A DNA stretch of 64,000 nt, taken from IMG/VR virus record IMGVR_UViG_3300025121_000282, positions 62,001-126,000 of that record. One strand, given 5' to 3'. Position 1 is the stretch's first letter, and every line of letters starts with the position of its first letter. The notes below the pieces were generated by a model. That model was not told where the DNA came from. It searched no databases and saw only the letters and a program-made list of their open reading frames with translations. The position numbers were made by a program, and so were the translations under genes. Of the stretch, positions 20,167 through 29,040 are shown piece after piece.

Positions 20167-20827
20167 AGATAACTTTTTTTATAGAACCGCTATGACTTGA
20201 AATCGCCTTCTTAAAAGCAAGTGCCACAGACTTTGGATTGTTACCAAAAACACCACATCCCCACGCCCCGAGGACCAGTGTGTCAGTGCTCATGGCCACC
20301 GCTGCATCGATGATGTGCACAGCACGCCTCTCTAGTACCGTCCCGGGCCTGCACCGGGCTATCCTGGTATTAGGTGCTGGGTAGGTGATGACACTCACCT
20401 GCATGGGCGGCGTAGGCTGGTATTGCCCGTCTTTTATAAATGTAATCTCTGGGCTAACAATCATCCAGTCCAGGTACTCTGGCGGAGCATTTGGTGCTCT
20501 ATTCGATTGATAGAGAGACGGGTGGGCTTCCAGATGAAGCAGCAAGTCAGAGCACAAGCACAGGTCCTCTTCCTGAGCTTGTACCCCATTTCTTGCCCCA
20601 CCACCAGGACGTGTGCCTGACGCAAAATTTAGAATGGTGGTCTTATCAGTACAGCCTAAAATGGCATCCTGGGTCTTCTCTGAAGTCACCTCAATAATCG
20701 GCGACCCAGGATTGGTGGGTAGATCACAACCCGTGTAGTCCATGATGGTAGAGTTAGTAGAGTAGTGCTCACTGGACACTTTACTGAGTGTGTCCTGGAG
20801 AATAGCAATGCGGTCTGCTTTTGACAT
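20075..20827 (-). CDS. bacterial-type poly(ADP-ribose) glycohydrolase macrodomain (TIGR02452/DUF2263)
   Basis: NFAS...PGGG...AQEE signature; LVLGAWGCGVFGN. Confidence 0.9.
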   Translation of the reverse strand: MSKADRIAILQDTLSKVSSEHYSTNSTIMDYTGCDLPTNPGSPIIEVTSEKTQDAILGCTDKTTILNFASGTRPGGGARNGVQAQEEDLCLCSDLLLHLEAHPSLYQSNRAPNAPPEYLDWMIVSPEITFIKDGQYQPTPPMQVSVITYPAPNTRIARCRPGTVLERRAVHIIDAAVAMSTDTLVLGAWGCGVFGNNPKSVALAFKKAISSHSGSIKKVIFAIYGNDNNFNAFRTVFGDGKDTGVNKGRK

Positions 20828-20879
20828 TATGGTACCTCTGATATAAATTCAGACCTACATATAGGTAGTTAATTGGTTA

Positions 20880-21284
20880 TCAGATACCTTTAGGTCGGGC
20901 CGGGACTTTTCGAGGTTGCAGATCCAGTAAGTACGACTCTTGAGGCTGATCATCAAACCGGACTGCGATAGAACGGCGGCGCAGTACCTCTGCATGTCGG
21001 ACGAGGCGTAGTGCTGGTTCAATTGTTTTTGCTGCGAGCGCCCCACGATCAACTTGGTCTGCTAGATCGAGAAGAACTTTTCGTTGGTCTTGTACTATTT
21101 TTCTACGAACCCACCAAAGGGAACGCGTGTTATCTAGAACAAGAACGGGAATTGTACCAACAACAATTCCCGCTGCGAAAGCAGCGAAAGTGGCCAGCGG
21201 TTCCAGCCCGTAGGCAGCAAAGATTATAATTGGTCCTACGACTAAACCAATCGTAAAACTGGCCCAGATATAAATGGCTGTCAT
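20880..21284 (-). CDS. hypothetical membrane protein
   Basis: Two N-terminal TM helices. Confidence 0.55.
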   Translation of the reverse strand: MTAIYIWASFTIGLVVGPIIIFAAYGLEPLATFAAFAAGIVVGTIPVLVLDNTRSLWWVRRKIVQDQRKVLLDLADQVDRGALAAKTIEPALRLVRHAEVLRRRSIAVRFDDQPQESYLLDLQPRKVPARPKGI

Positions 21285-21638
21285 TTATATCTGCCTGTAA
21301 CTTATAACGTCATTGTCAAGAGCGGCTTCGGCAGCTTTGATGGTATAAGGCCACACACCGTCGTTGGAAGAATGTGGGCGTGCTAAGCTGAGCAGATTGT
21401 GTAGGGCCTCACAAACTTCCAAAGCCCACTTTTCCAGGGCCTGGGTATGCTCTTTGCCACCCTCGGCGCGAGCAATAGCCACATCACGCTCGCAGCGCAA
21501 CTCTACGCTCTGTTCCATTAGCCTGCAAATAGCAGTGTTTTCTTCGGCAAGTTTGGCGTTGGCCGCGTCAAGCTGTTCTTTAAGAGACTCATTCTCTTGT
21601 CTCATAGCATTAACAACATCGTCAGGCAGTGTGTGCAT
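21285..21638 (-). CDS. hypothetical coiled-coil protein
   Basis: 117 aa ORF. Confidence 0.55.
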   Translation of the reverse strand: MHTLPDDVVNAMRQENESLKEQLDAANAKLAEENTAICRLMEQSVELRCERDVAIARAEGGKEHTQALEKWALEVCEALHNLLSLARPHSSNDGVWPYTIKAAEAALDNDVISYRQI

Positions 21639-21820
21639 TTTGTATCCTCTTCAGTCTAAAATTCCCGGCCCACCAGCTGACTTACGTTGGATTTATCAGG
21701 ATCAGGTCCCTATCCAACTGCCGACTTCCTATTATCTCACCTGATGAGCAAGGTCGTCGCCTCTGACTACCGGGCTTGAAACCGTACCATCCTCTAACAA
21801 GGAGTGGTTCAGTAACAAGG

Positions 21821-22261
21821 TTATTGGACCAGAGCTAGTGCTTTCCATCTAGGCATTGATTTAGTTTCGACGCGGGCATAGTGGCAAAGTGATTTTACCT
21901 TCACTGCAGCTTCCGCGTAAGTCCAGAATGGGCCGCTGTCATGACGATAGTACCTGCCTTCTGTATCGCCAATGAGCGCATTGTAAATGATAGTCTCTTC
22001 CAGTGCGTAGGCATAACAGGCAAGCCGGTAAATCATTTGAGAGTACTCCAGTGCCGAGGGAGACATGGAATTTGCTATAGGGAACTGATGCCACTCCATG
22101 CCAAGGGGCATCCTAGACTGCGCCTCATCAAACGGTATACCGGCAGCCCACCGTGTAAATGCGTCCATATCTTTGCAAGTACCGCCGCAATCGGCTATTC
22201 GGCCCAAAACAACAATACTTGCAATGTCACGTGAATTAAGCATAAGTTTGAGACCGATCAA
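21821..22261 (-). CDS. hypothetical protein
   Basis: 146 aa ORF. Confidence 0.55.
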   Translation of the reverse strand: MIGLKLMLNSRDIASIVVLGRIADCGGTCKDMDAFTRWAAGIPFDEAQSRMPLGMEWHQFPIANSMSPSALEYSQMIYRLACYAYALEETIIYNALIGDTEGRYYRHDSGPFWTYAEAAVKVKSLCHYARVETKSMPRWKALALVQ

Positions 22262-22556
22262 TACCGCGAACTAGTATTATGGCACCAAACCCGTCACAGC
22301 AGGGGCACGCTTCTTTCATAGGCTCGCAGTGTTGTTCACCCGTAAAAGACTTTAAACTTGTTACAATGCGCTTGCCATCACACCACGGACAGGGTGCAGA
22401 TAGGATTCTATTCAAGATTCTATCTAGGATTCCAGTTTCAGTTATGCAGTCTTCTAGGGGTACATTACTGAACCCCTCTTTTCCAAATTCCTGCTGTATC
22501 AATGCGCCCAGATTCTTACCAGTTAGTTTATTGGGTATCATCTGTAGTTTATCCAT
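22236..22556 (-). CDS. hypothetical protein with DnaJ-type CxxCxGxG Zn finger
   Basis: CPWCDG and CPCCDGFG motifs. Confidence 0.55.
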   Translation of the reverse strand: MDKLQMIPNKLTGKNLGALIQQEFGKEGFSNVPLEDCITETGILDRILNRILSAPCPWCDGKRIVTSLKSFTGEQHCEPMKEACPCCDGFGAIILVRGIDRSQTYA

Positions 22557-22993
22557 GGTTTCAATTCACCGGTTTCCAGGTTCTTTTCCATTTCGGCTAC
22601 AATGCGAGTTTCGCCATGTTTGGTCCAGTACCCGAAACAAACATAATAATCTGACCATTTGTACTGTCCACGAACCCACCCCGTCACATACTGGTTTTCT
22701 GGGTCGGTTAGGTCAAATAATGGAAAAGCCACACGACGAACTGGGAGAAAACATTTAGTTTTGGCCTTTTCAAACTCTTCCATCTCAAACTTGTACCAAC
22801 TGAGCACAAGGTCCAGAGGAATACCTATAGGCTCAAGTACTTTTTCAAACTTGCGCGGGACTACAGAAAGGGCTGTTTGGATGACCCTGGAACAGGACTC
22901 ACAGTGTACATCATTGTGGAGGTTGGAGTTGGAATAACTATTTAAAGAGTATACTGTCTTACAATGCTGACAACGATGCTGTGTAATTCTCAT
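22538..22993 (-). CDS. hypothetical protein
   Basis: 151 aa ORF, N-terminal CQHC and CESC. Confidence 0.6.
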   Translation of the reverse strand: MRITQHRCQHCKTVYSLNSYSNSNLHNDVHCESCSRVIQTALSVVPRKFEKVLEPIGIPLDLVLSWYKFEMEEFEKAKTKCFLPVRRVAFPLFDLTDPENQYVTGWVRGQYKWSDYYVCFGYWTKHGETRIVAEMEKNLETGELKPWINYR

Positions 22994-23004
22994 CTTCTAA
23001 TTCC

Positions 23005-23198
23005 TTTAAAGAGTTGCTGGCTAGGACCACCATTCCTACTTTTCACCGGAGCTAGCGGTGCTGCTTTTCGTGGAAGTACTTCCTAAACACACCAACCTTG
23101 CTCACGAGTGGAACTGCGTGTTCCGGAGACAATCCGGTATGTTTAGTAGCTCGAAGTACCACACTTATGACAGCATTGGTGTCCAGCAACTCTTTAAA
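23005..23198. ncRNA. candidate structured RNA (16-bp closing stem)
   Basis: Perfect inverted repeat tttaaagagttgctgg (23005-23020) / ccagcaactctttaaa (23183-23198) in an intergenic gap. Confidence 0.35.
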
Positions 23199-23228
23199 AG
23201 AACCAGTCAGAAGTACATTATACAACAA

Positions 23229-23507
23229 TCATTTAGGCGGGCTAGTAAATCCCGCTTTTACCATTTGGACCAAACGATCTCCAGTGGACTCGTCTCCGTA
23301 CCTGACCCCAATTTGCCTGACATCTTCTAGTCTGGGCGAGGTGAGCAGGTTTGCACGTTCACAATAACTCTCGATCTCAGCACCAAGCAGAGCCATCAAT
23401 TCTAGAAACATGCCCTCATCCATGGTGACCGTAGGCCTGATGTTGGCAGGGACCATACCAACAGTTTCAGATGCCGAAAAACTGACAAGACTGTTGGTTC
23501 TCTTCAT
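23229..23507 (-). CDS. hypothetical protein
   Basis: 92 aa ORF. Confidence 0.5.
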   Translation of the reverse strand: MKRTNSLVSFSASETVGMVPANIRPTVTMDEGMFLELMALLGAEIESYCERANLLTSPRLEDVRQIGVRYGDESTGDRLVQMVKAGFTSPPK

Positions 23508-24067
23508 TTCGTTAAGTTCAACTTATTCAAGCCACGGGCATTGTAGAACACGTTTTGGGGCTTAGGACTGGCACCTGACGCATACTTATTTAGACCATGT
23601 CCGTGTTTGGCACCTGTCAGTCCAACTTCCACTTCTTGAACAATTTCTCTAATGGTTCGTTTGTCCTCAAACAAGAAAACTGTCACCCGCCAATGAAAAC
23701 TGTCTGAGGTGACATCTCCGGTGGTAACACGGAGCGCAGACGGACGACAAGACTGAATCATGTTCAACGCATATTGGTCCCAGGGCCGACCTGTCAATTC
23801 GGTGAGCACTTTAACCGAGGTGTAACCAGTTCTGTCAGACCTTTTAAACGGATGCCCATGGTGATTAAGGTACTGGTCGGCTGCATCAGTTGAAGACAGA
23901 ACCTCGGCATCGTAGTCTGGGGTCTGATCATCGATGCCGCGCTCGTACACCATAAAACCGATTTTGTTGGTGTTCGGGTCGTCTGGCGTTACAATAGTGA
24001 TTCTAGATTCAGGCATCCCATCACACTCTTCACAGGGAGAGGTACTGCAACTATGCTTATCATGCAC
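23504..24067 (-). CDS. hypothetical protein
   Basis: 187 aa ORF. Confidence 0.6.
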   Translation of the reverse strand: MHDKHSCSTSPCEECDGMPESRITIVTPDDPNTNKIGFMVYERGIDDQTPDYDAEVLSSTDAADQYLNHHGHPFKRSDRTGYTSVKVLTELTGRPWDQYALNMIQSCRPSALRVTTGDVTSDSFHWRVTVFLFEDKRTIREIVQEVEVGLTGAKHGHGLNKYASGASPKPQNVFYNARGLNKLNLTK

Positions 24068-24080
24068 TGTAAACTCTTGC

Positions 24081-24581
24081 TTATGGGATCAGGTTTTTGA
24101 CTCTACAAACCATATTCTCAGGTCCGTTACCCTCGGATTCTTTCCAACTAGCATCACACATTCCGCCTTGAGCATTAATGTGACCAACTACAAATCTGGA
24201 CCCGTCGCCCATCTCTACGACATGGCCAGCTTTGATTAAACACAAAAATGACAACACGTCTATGTGGTTTCCTGGTGTGTAGTCCTTTGCTGTAGGACCC
24301 TCGACCCACCCGTCATCATCATCCCAGTCCAGTTGGGTTGATGTTTTTACTCCGTCAAGAATGCGTGACGACAGACAGTGGTCACACCTACCAAACATAG
24401 AATTGACATGACCGACTAACAGCTTCTCACCATGGTCCAGTTCCAGTAACAAACCGGGTGAAAGCTCGTTGTCATGTATCATCTGTCCCAGTGTTTTCAA
24501 AGAGTTTCCCTCAATAGTGATGTGGTCACCCGAATGTCGAAGAAGTTGCGGCTGGATGTTATTTCCACTTCCGTGGAACAC
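24081..24581 (-). CDS. hypothetical protein with internal domain duplication
   Basis: LVGHVNSMFGRCD / VVGHINAQGGMCD repeat. Confidence 0.55.
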   Translation of the reverse strand: MFHGSGNNIQPQLLRHSGDHITIEGNSLKTLGQMIHDNELSPGLLLELDHGEKLLVGHVNSMFGRCDHCLSSRILDGVKTSTQLDWDDDDGWVEGPTAKDYTPGNHIDVLSFLCLIKAGHVVEMGDGSRFVVGHINAQGGMCDASWKESEGNGPENMVCRVKNLIP

Positions 24582-24646
24582 CTTTATTCTCCTTCTTTAG
24601 AAGGGAAATGTAAGCGTCAGCCACATCGCTCTTTTCACAAATTAAG

Positions 24647-24968
24647 TGCCCGGTGAGGGAGTCGGACCCTCACGCTCTTGCGAGCGGCGGATTTTCTTCG
24701 CTCTACGAATTTCTTCGCTCTCCATTTTACTGGAGATTTGTGCGCTGGACTTTGTCTTCACCCGTTCTGGGTGGTCGCCGTTAAGTCTCTACACCTTCCT
24801 CCTTGTCAGGGAGGCTTGGCTCGGCGTTGTCTCGCTTCTTTTGAAGGAAGCAGGGAGTTCACCGAATTTGACGACATTCACTCTAGCCATTCCTGGCTAG
24901 GTGCTCAAATTGGATGTAGTCTCCATCCTACTTAAGTCCGCTGCGTCTACCGGTTTCGCCAACCGGGC
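24647..24968 (-). tRNA. trnL: tRNA-Leu(UAA), interrupted by group I intron
   Basis: Exons 24934-24968 and 24647-24695 join into a class II cloverleaf, anticodon loop CU-UAA-AA; no encoded CCA. Confidence 0.93.
24696..24933 (-). ncRNA. group I intron (IC3-like), 238 nt, in tRNA-Leu(UAA) after U34
   Basis: P/Q/R/S-like blocks AAATTCGGTGAA, CCGAGCCAAG, GAAGGTGTAGAGACT, AAAGTCCA; 5' exon ends in U, intron ends in G. Confidence 0.93.
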
Positions 24969-25063
24969 ACAATTTCAATGGTCATCACCTCGTAGGATTA
25001 TTCATTCTATACATCACGTGGTTAATCGCTGTTTGAGGTATAGAATTGAAAAGAAACCCGCAG

Positions 25064-25282
25064 TCAGTCACTTGTCAACCGACTGCGGGGGTGGAGGTGT
25101 TTTGCTCGTTGGAGCCAACTCCCTGCCGTTTGTTTGACCCTCGTCTTAGGGTCAATAACTGTGTGGGGTTCAGACTGGCAGCGCTTTTCAGTGCCCTTTG
25201 CCATAGCTTCTAAAATTGCTTGGCGCTGGACCGGGTCGGCTAGCATTTCCTTGATTTTAATATGCTTCTCTTCGTTTGTCAT
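25064..25282 (-). CDS. hypothetical protein
   Basis: ATG at 25282 overlaps the upstream TGA. Confidence 0.45.
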   Translation of the reverse strand: MTNEEKHIKIKEMLADPVQRQAILEAMAKGTEKRCQSEPHTVIDPKTRVKQTAGSWLQRAKHLHPRSRLTSD

Positions 25283-25794
25283 TTCCGCCTCACCCATACT
25301 TTTCGCTCTGGGAGGTTGAAAACAGGCTCTGGTGCCCCCACACTGAGGTGATTTTTGGTCAACCAACCACAAACGTGATCACGGTGCTGTTTCAAAGCCT
25401 TCCTTAGAAAAGCCTTTCTGCAGCCTTTCCACGGTTTGGCACTCTCCAGCGCTCGTTGAAACGATACAAACACACCATCGTCCTCGTCGTAAATGGCGTG
25501 TCCAGCTAGAGGTTCGTCTGCCCAGTACCAGCTGTTTACAACCACCCACTCATCCAGGTTCTCAGGCGGAATAGCAATGGTGTCGGTGGGCTCGTATTCC
25601 CCACCAATAGCGAACCATCTGGACTTTTCCTTTGGATTATTTTTATTGGACAGGATAAGCACTATCTCGTGCACGTTTACAGGTGTGACGAAAGACCAGT
25701 GGTTCCATGCACTGAAAACTGCATACACCTCTTGCCCTAAAGTGACAAAGGGGCCTGTGAAAAAAGGGTTTATATCAATACCATGGTACTTCAT
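25279..25794 (-). CDS. hypothetical protein
   Basis: 171 aa ORF. Confidence 0.6.
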   Translation of the reverse strand: MKYHGIDINPFFTGPFVTLGQEVYAVFSAWNHWSFVTPVNVHEIVLILSNKNNPKEKSRWFAIGGEYEPTDTIAIPPENLDEWVVVNSWYWADEPLAGHAIYDEDDGVFVSFQRALESAKPWKGCRKAFLRKALKQHRDHVCGWLTKNHLSVGAPEPVFNLPERKVWVRRK

Positions 25795-25822
25795 GCAGTA
25801 CTTCTATTATAACCCATCTGTG

Positions 25823-26212
25823 TTAATAACCCATCCCGCCACACTCTGGGCAGGCTGGTATCTTTTCGTTTGGCCCTATTCCACTTCCACCGCAGGACAC
25901 ACACCCCGGACAAGTTAGAGCCTTTAGAATCCAGTCCTCTGGCAATCCAAGCCTGATGGATGCTCTGTGTATGTCAAAATCTCCATGGACGATGTTGGAA
26001 TCTAGATGAAGCATAGAGTCCACAATAGACTTAGCCTCTTCTACAATTTTTATAGACTCGTGTGTCTTAGGTAGGCTAGGGTCATTAATCTGACGCAGTA
26101 ATAATTGGGACCTGAAAATCTGATATGCCGTAGGTCGATCACCAACACAGGATCTTAATGACCTTAATTCTTTTAGTCTATTTTCTAAGTCTATTGTGGG
26201 CATTGCAAACAA
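25823..26212 (-). CDS. hypothetical protein with C-terminal CxxCxGxG Zn finger
   Basis: CVSCGGSG and CPECGGMG motifs. Confidence 0.55.
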   Translation of the reverse strand: MFAMPTIDLENRLKELRSLRSCVGDRPTAYQIFRSQLLLRQINDPSLPKTHESIKIVEEAKSIVDSMLHLDSNIVHGDFDIHRASIRLGLPEDWILKALTCPGCVSCGGSGIGPNEKIPACPECGGMGY

Positions 26213-26247
26213 CCTCTGTGTGGGAGGCTGTCAATCAAAGAACTATT

Positions 26248-26784
26248 TCAGGTCCAAGTTTCCGTACAGTACCAGCAACTCGTGTCGATAGCCTCTGACG
26301 CTTTGGCGGCCCACTCTTTGAGTGTCATCGTCAGTATCTCGTCTGGTATGATTTTGTACCGATCGTCAAAAGCCATGTCCCGGGCGACCATGAATAATGG
26401 CTCGATTTGAGCCCAAGGATTGGACAACGAATAACTCTTGTATTTCAATTCTGGATCTGGGTCTGTTTGGATGGCCTGTATTAATTCTGCAAATGTATAG
26501 GTTCTTATTTCATCGGAACCAGATAAACTAGACCAATGCTCGCTTTTGTCTAGTATGAATTCAATAGACTCGCACAGGCCCCCTAGTGTAGTGCTACAAT
26601 CAGTGCCGTATGCACCTTCAATGCGGTCTTCCCAATCCGGCTCGTCAGTTATTGGTGTGACGAATTCGCCCCCGTAGGCGTAAGCACAGGAATTGGTAAC
26701 ATAAGGTAAAATCCAGTCGATGTAGACCTGTTTTAGCTCCCTGTCCTTGACTCTTACCCACCCTATGCCTCCGTCTGCGCCCAT
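26248..26784 (-). CDS. hypothetical protein
   Basis: 178 aa ORF. Confidence 0.6.
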   Translation of the reverse strand: MGADGGIGWVRVKDRELKQVYIDWILPYVTNSCAYAYGGEFVTPITDEPDWEDRIEGAYGTDCSTTLGGLCESIEFILDKSEHWSSLSGSDEIRTYTFAELIQAIQTDPDPELKYKSYSLSNPWAQIEPLFMVARDMAFDDRYKIIPDEILTMTLKEWAAKASEAIDTSCWYCTETWT

Positions 26785-26975
26785 GACTCACTCTCAGCCT
26801 GTTTGTGTGTTACAAATGCTTCGGAGTACGGTTCTATTCCGAGTTTGTACATGCCCTTCAAAAATGTGTAGTGGCCGGTGTATACCCTGTTCTCTACAAA
26901 CTTTTCTCCGTAGTGTGAACATAAGTCTTTGTAAAGCTCTATGTCCTCAGCAATGGCATCTATGATAGAACCCAT
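26763..26975 (-). CDS. hypothetical protein
   Basis: 70 aa ORF. Confidence 0.5.
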   Translation of the reverse strand: MGSIIDAIAEDIELYKDLCSHYGEKFVENRVYTGHYTFLKGMYKLGIEPYSEAFVTHKQAESESWAQTEA

Positions 26976-26978
26976 GTT

Positions 26979-27260
26979 TTATGTCACCTTATTGTTGAAA
27001 CGCAAGGCGACCGCCCGAGCGGTTTCCCATAAGCTTTCTGGACTCCACGTCGGAGCCCACCCCAAGGCGCCAGCAGCCGCACCGAGGACGACCACCAACG
27101 GGATAGATGCAGCACGCTGAGCAGCGACGACTGGACGGCCACGCATCAGATTGAGGGCCGCGTCACCGGTCGTGATGGCCCCCCAGAAGACGGCACCAGA
27201 GACGGCACCACAGGCCTGGGTGCACCTGAGCGAGCGATATGGACGGTTTACACCACTCAC
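26979..27260 (-). CDS. small hydrophobic membrane protein
   Basis: Gly/Ala-rich TM segments; GC-rich codons. Confidence 0.5.
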   Translation of the reverse strand: MSGVNRPYRSLRCTQACGAVSGAVFWGAITTGDAALNLMRGRPVVAAQRAASIPLVVVLGAAAGALGWAPTWSPESLWETARAVALRFNNKVT

Positions 27261-27562
27261 GACTCGCCCTCGGAATGTACCCTGGACTCTGGGAATTGAT
27301 TGTTGCCGGAGTCAAAGATCCATATGGCTATCCCTTTAGCGAAACACGTGGCCGTAAGCGCGTCAGTGTCAGGCTCAAATTTGGCGGTATATACAACCCT
27401 GGGGTACTCTGACCACGGAGCCACCATTTCTTTAGGCATATACGACAACTCATACCCGTCAAGTTCTCCAATAATTTTTATTACGTCGTTAACCCGTTCC
27501 GGGTCGAGTACGTAGATGCGACCATAACCTTTGTAGGTGAGAGAGCAATTACCTCTTCCCAT
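27257..27562 (-). CDS. hypothetical protein
   Basis: 101 aa ORF. Confidence 0.55.
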   Translation of the reverse strand: MGRGNCSLTYKGYGRIYVLDPERVNDVIKIIGELDGYELSYMPKEMVAPWSEYPRVVYTAKFEPDTDALTATCFAKGIAIWIFDSGNNQFPESRVHSEGES

Positions 27563-27573
27563 TTTATTTACTC

Positions 27574-27876
27574 CTAGTTTGAAGTGGACAACGCAAAGTA
27601 TGCAGTCGACCCGTTAGATAGCGGGATTACAAATGCCCTGCCACCACCACTAGCCTCTTTTAGCACAGACACGACCGCTTCCGAGTCCATGAACACACCC
27701 TGGACTATACGCGTGTTCCTGCTGTCCGCAATTAGTCCCCCATTAGGACTCAAAATTTGTGATGGGCGTACCACGCGAACTATGGTGCCTGCATCGTCGG
27801 CACAATAAAACATCGCTTGGTCAGACCCCTCACACACCACATGGTCCCTGTAAATTGTGAGAATGAGATCGCGCAT
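27574..27876 (-). CDS. hypothetical protein
   Basis: 100 aa ORF. Confidence 0.55.
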   Translation of the reverse strand: MRDLILTIYRDHVVCEGSDQAMFYCADDAGTIVRVVRPSQILSPNGGLIADSRNTRIVQGVFMDSEAVVSVLKEASGGGRAFVIPLSNGSTAYFALSTSN

Positions 27877-28367
27877 TACTTTATCTCCGCGTGGTACTGA
27901 TCGTTATCTGTGCTCAAAATGTAAATTTTGTTCGTTGGTACTGATTCGCTCACTGAAACAAGGCTGCCCCACACGTGCAATTTGGCCCCCTGTTTCAATA
28001 GACTGTGTATAACAACCGGTTCCGCAATTAGTCCGAAGTCCATTTCTCCAAGCGTGCTTGGGTGTACTACCAAATTCTCGACTTCCCCGCCACACGCTTC
28101 CACTGCTGTGTATATATCTGCTATAGTTGATGACACGACGGGCTTGAACACTGTAACAATAGGTGTAGAATCGACCCTAAAATAGTTAGCCATTTCATGA
28201 ACATTTAAAGAATCTACTGTTGCAGTGGACTCTTGTGGTACCTCTGAAGTTGGCTCATCAGGTAGCATTTCAAGTATAGTGTCCACAAGCAATTTCATTA
28301 ATTCATCAGCGCTAATGGCGCCACTTAACTGCCTTAAAAACTCAGACTTTGTCATTTCAAATTGCAC
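27876..28367 (-). CDS. hypothetical protein; C-terminal half resembles HK97-fold capsid A-domain segment
   Basis: IADIYTAVE...NLVVHPSTLGEM...HVWGSLVSVSESVPTNKIYIL pattern. Confidence 0.4.
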   Translation of the reverse strand: MQFEMTKSEFLRQLSGAISADELMKLLVDTILEMLPDEPTSEVPQESTATVDSLNVHEMANYFRVDSTPIVTVFKPVVSSTIADIYTAVEACGGEVENLVVHPSTLGEMDFGLIAEPVVIHSLLKQGAKLHVWGSLVSVSESVPTNKIYILSTDNDQYHAEIK

Positions 28368-28374
28368 CCCAACT

Positions 28375-28449
28375 TGGTGACCCTAACGGGATTTGAACCC
28401 GTGTTCCCGGCTTGAAAGGCCAGTTTCCTAACCGCTGGAAGATAGGGCC
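28375..28449 (-). tRNA. trnE: tRNA-Glu(UUC)
   Basis: Cloverleaf, loop CU-UUC-AA, T-loop UUCAAAU, encoded CCA. Confidence 0.93.
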
Positions 28450-28454
28450 AAAAC

Positions 28455-28544
28455 TGGCGGAGAGGGTGGGAATCGAACCCACGGTAGATTTTACTCTACG
28501 ACGGTTTTCAAGACCGCAGCCTTAGGCCGCTCAGCCACCTCTCC
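28455..28544 (-). tRNA. trnS: tRNA-Ser(UGA)
   Basis: Class II cloverleaf, loop CU-UGA-AA, long variable arm, G73, encoded CCA. Confidence 0.93.
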
Positions 28545-28550
28545 ATTGTT

Positions 28551-28766
28551 TTATACTCTGAATTTAGACATGACCTCGGGTGTTACACCTTCGGCTAGTC
28601 TCTTGTCTAACTCAGGCAAACCAGTTAACAATCTGTTTGTTTTACCAGTACCAGAGCAGGCTCTACATCTACCAGTGACAACAACAGGTTTGCCATCATT
28701 GTCATCGTCAAGTGCAGAACACTCTCCAGTACCTTTACAGCAGGAACACTCTACAAGTTTTGGCAT
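28551..28766 (-). CDS. small DnaJ-type Zn-finger protein
   Basis: CSCCKGTG and CRACSGTG motifs. Confidence 0.6.
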   Translation of the reverse strand: MPKLVECSCCKGTGECSALDDDNDGKPVVVTGRCRACSGTGKTNRLLTGLPELDKRLAEGVTPEVMSKFRV

Positions 28767-28769
28767 GGC

Positions 28770-29039
28770 CTAATACCCAAGGACTAATAGGTCCCGGCGT
28801 CGTGTCTCTTTGTCTGTCTCGGACTCCGGATACTTTGAAAGAATAGTGTGTAACACCATAACTATATTTCCACAGGCCCATGAGTACCGCACAGTTAGGT
28901 CGAGTAGGTTTCTGAGCAAAAGAAGTGGGTCGCCTAGTTCAGGATCGAATTTTTGACACAGCTTGCGGCCTTGTGGGTCCATAAATGTGTCAGATTTCAT
29001 GTCACCAATAAGGGCGATAAGGTCTTTTAGGTCTTGCAT
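28770..29039 (-). CDS. hypothetical protein
   Basis: 89 aa ORF. Confidence 0.55.
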   Translation of the reverse strand: MQDLKDLIALIGDMKSDTFMDPQGRKLCQKFDPELGDPLLLLRNLLDLTVRYSWACGNIVMVLHTILSKYPESETDKETRRRDLLVLGY

Positions 29040-29040
29040 G

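Noticed and set aside
21770-21820. Degenerate tRNA
   Set aside because: There is a T-arm-like hairpin, but no D-arm or pairable acceptor stem.
24646-24935. Short + strand ORFs over the introns (24646-24900, 24678-24935, 40092-40544)
   Set aside because: They are antisense translations of conserved intron RNA, and their mutual similarity simply reflects the shared intron core.
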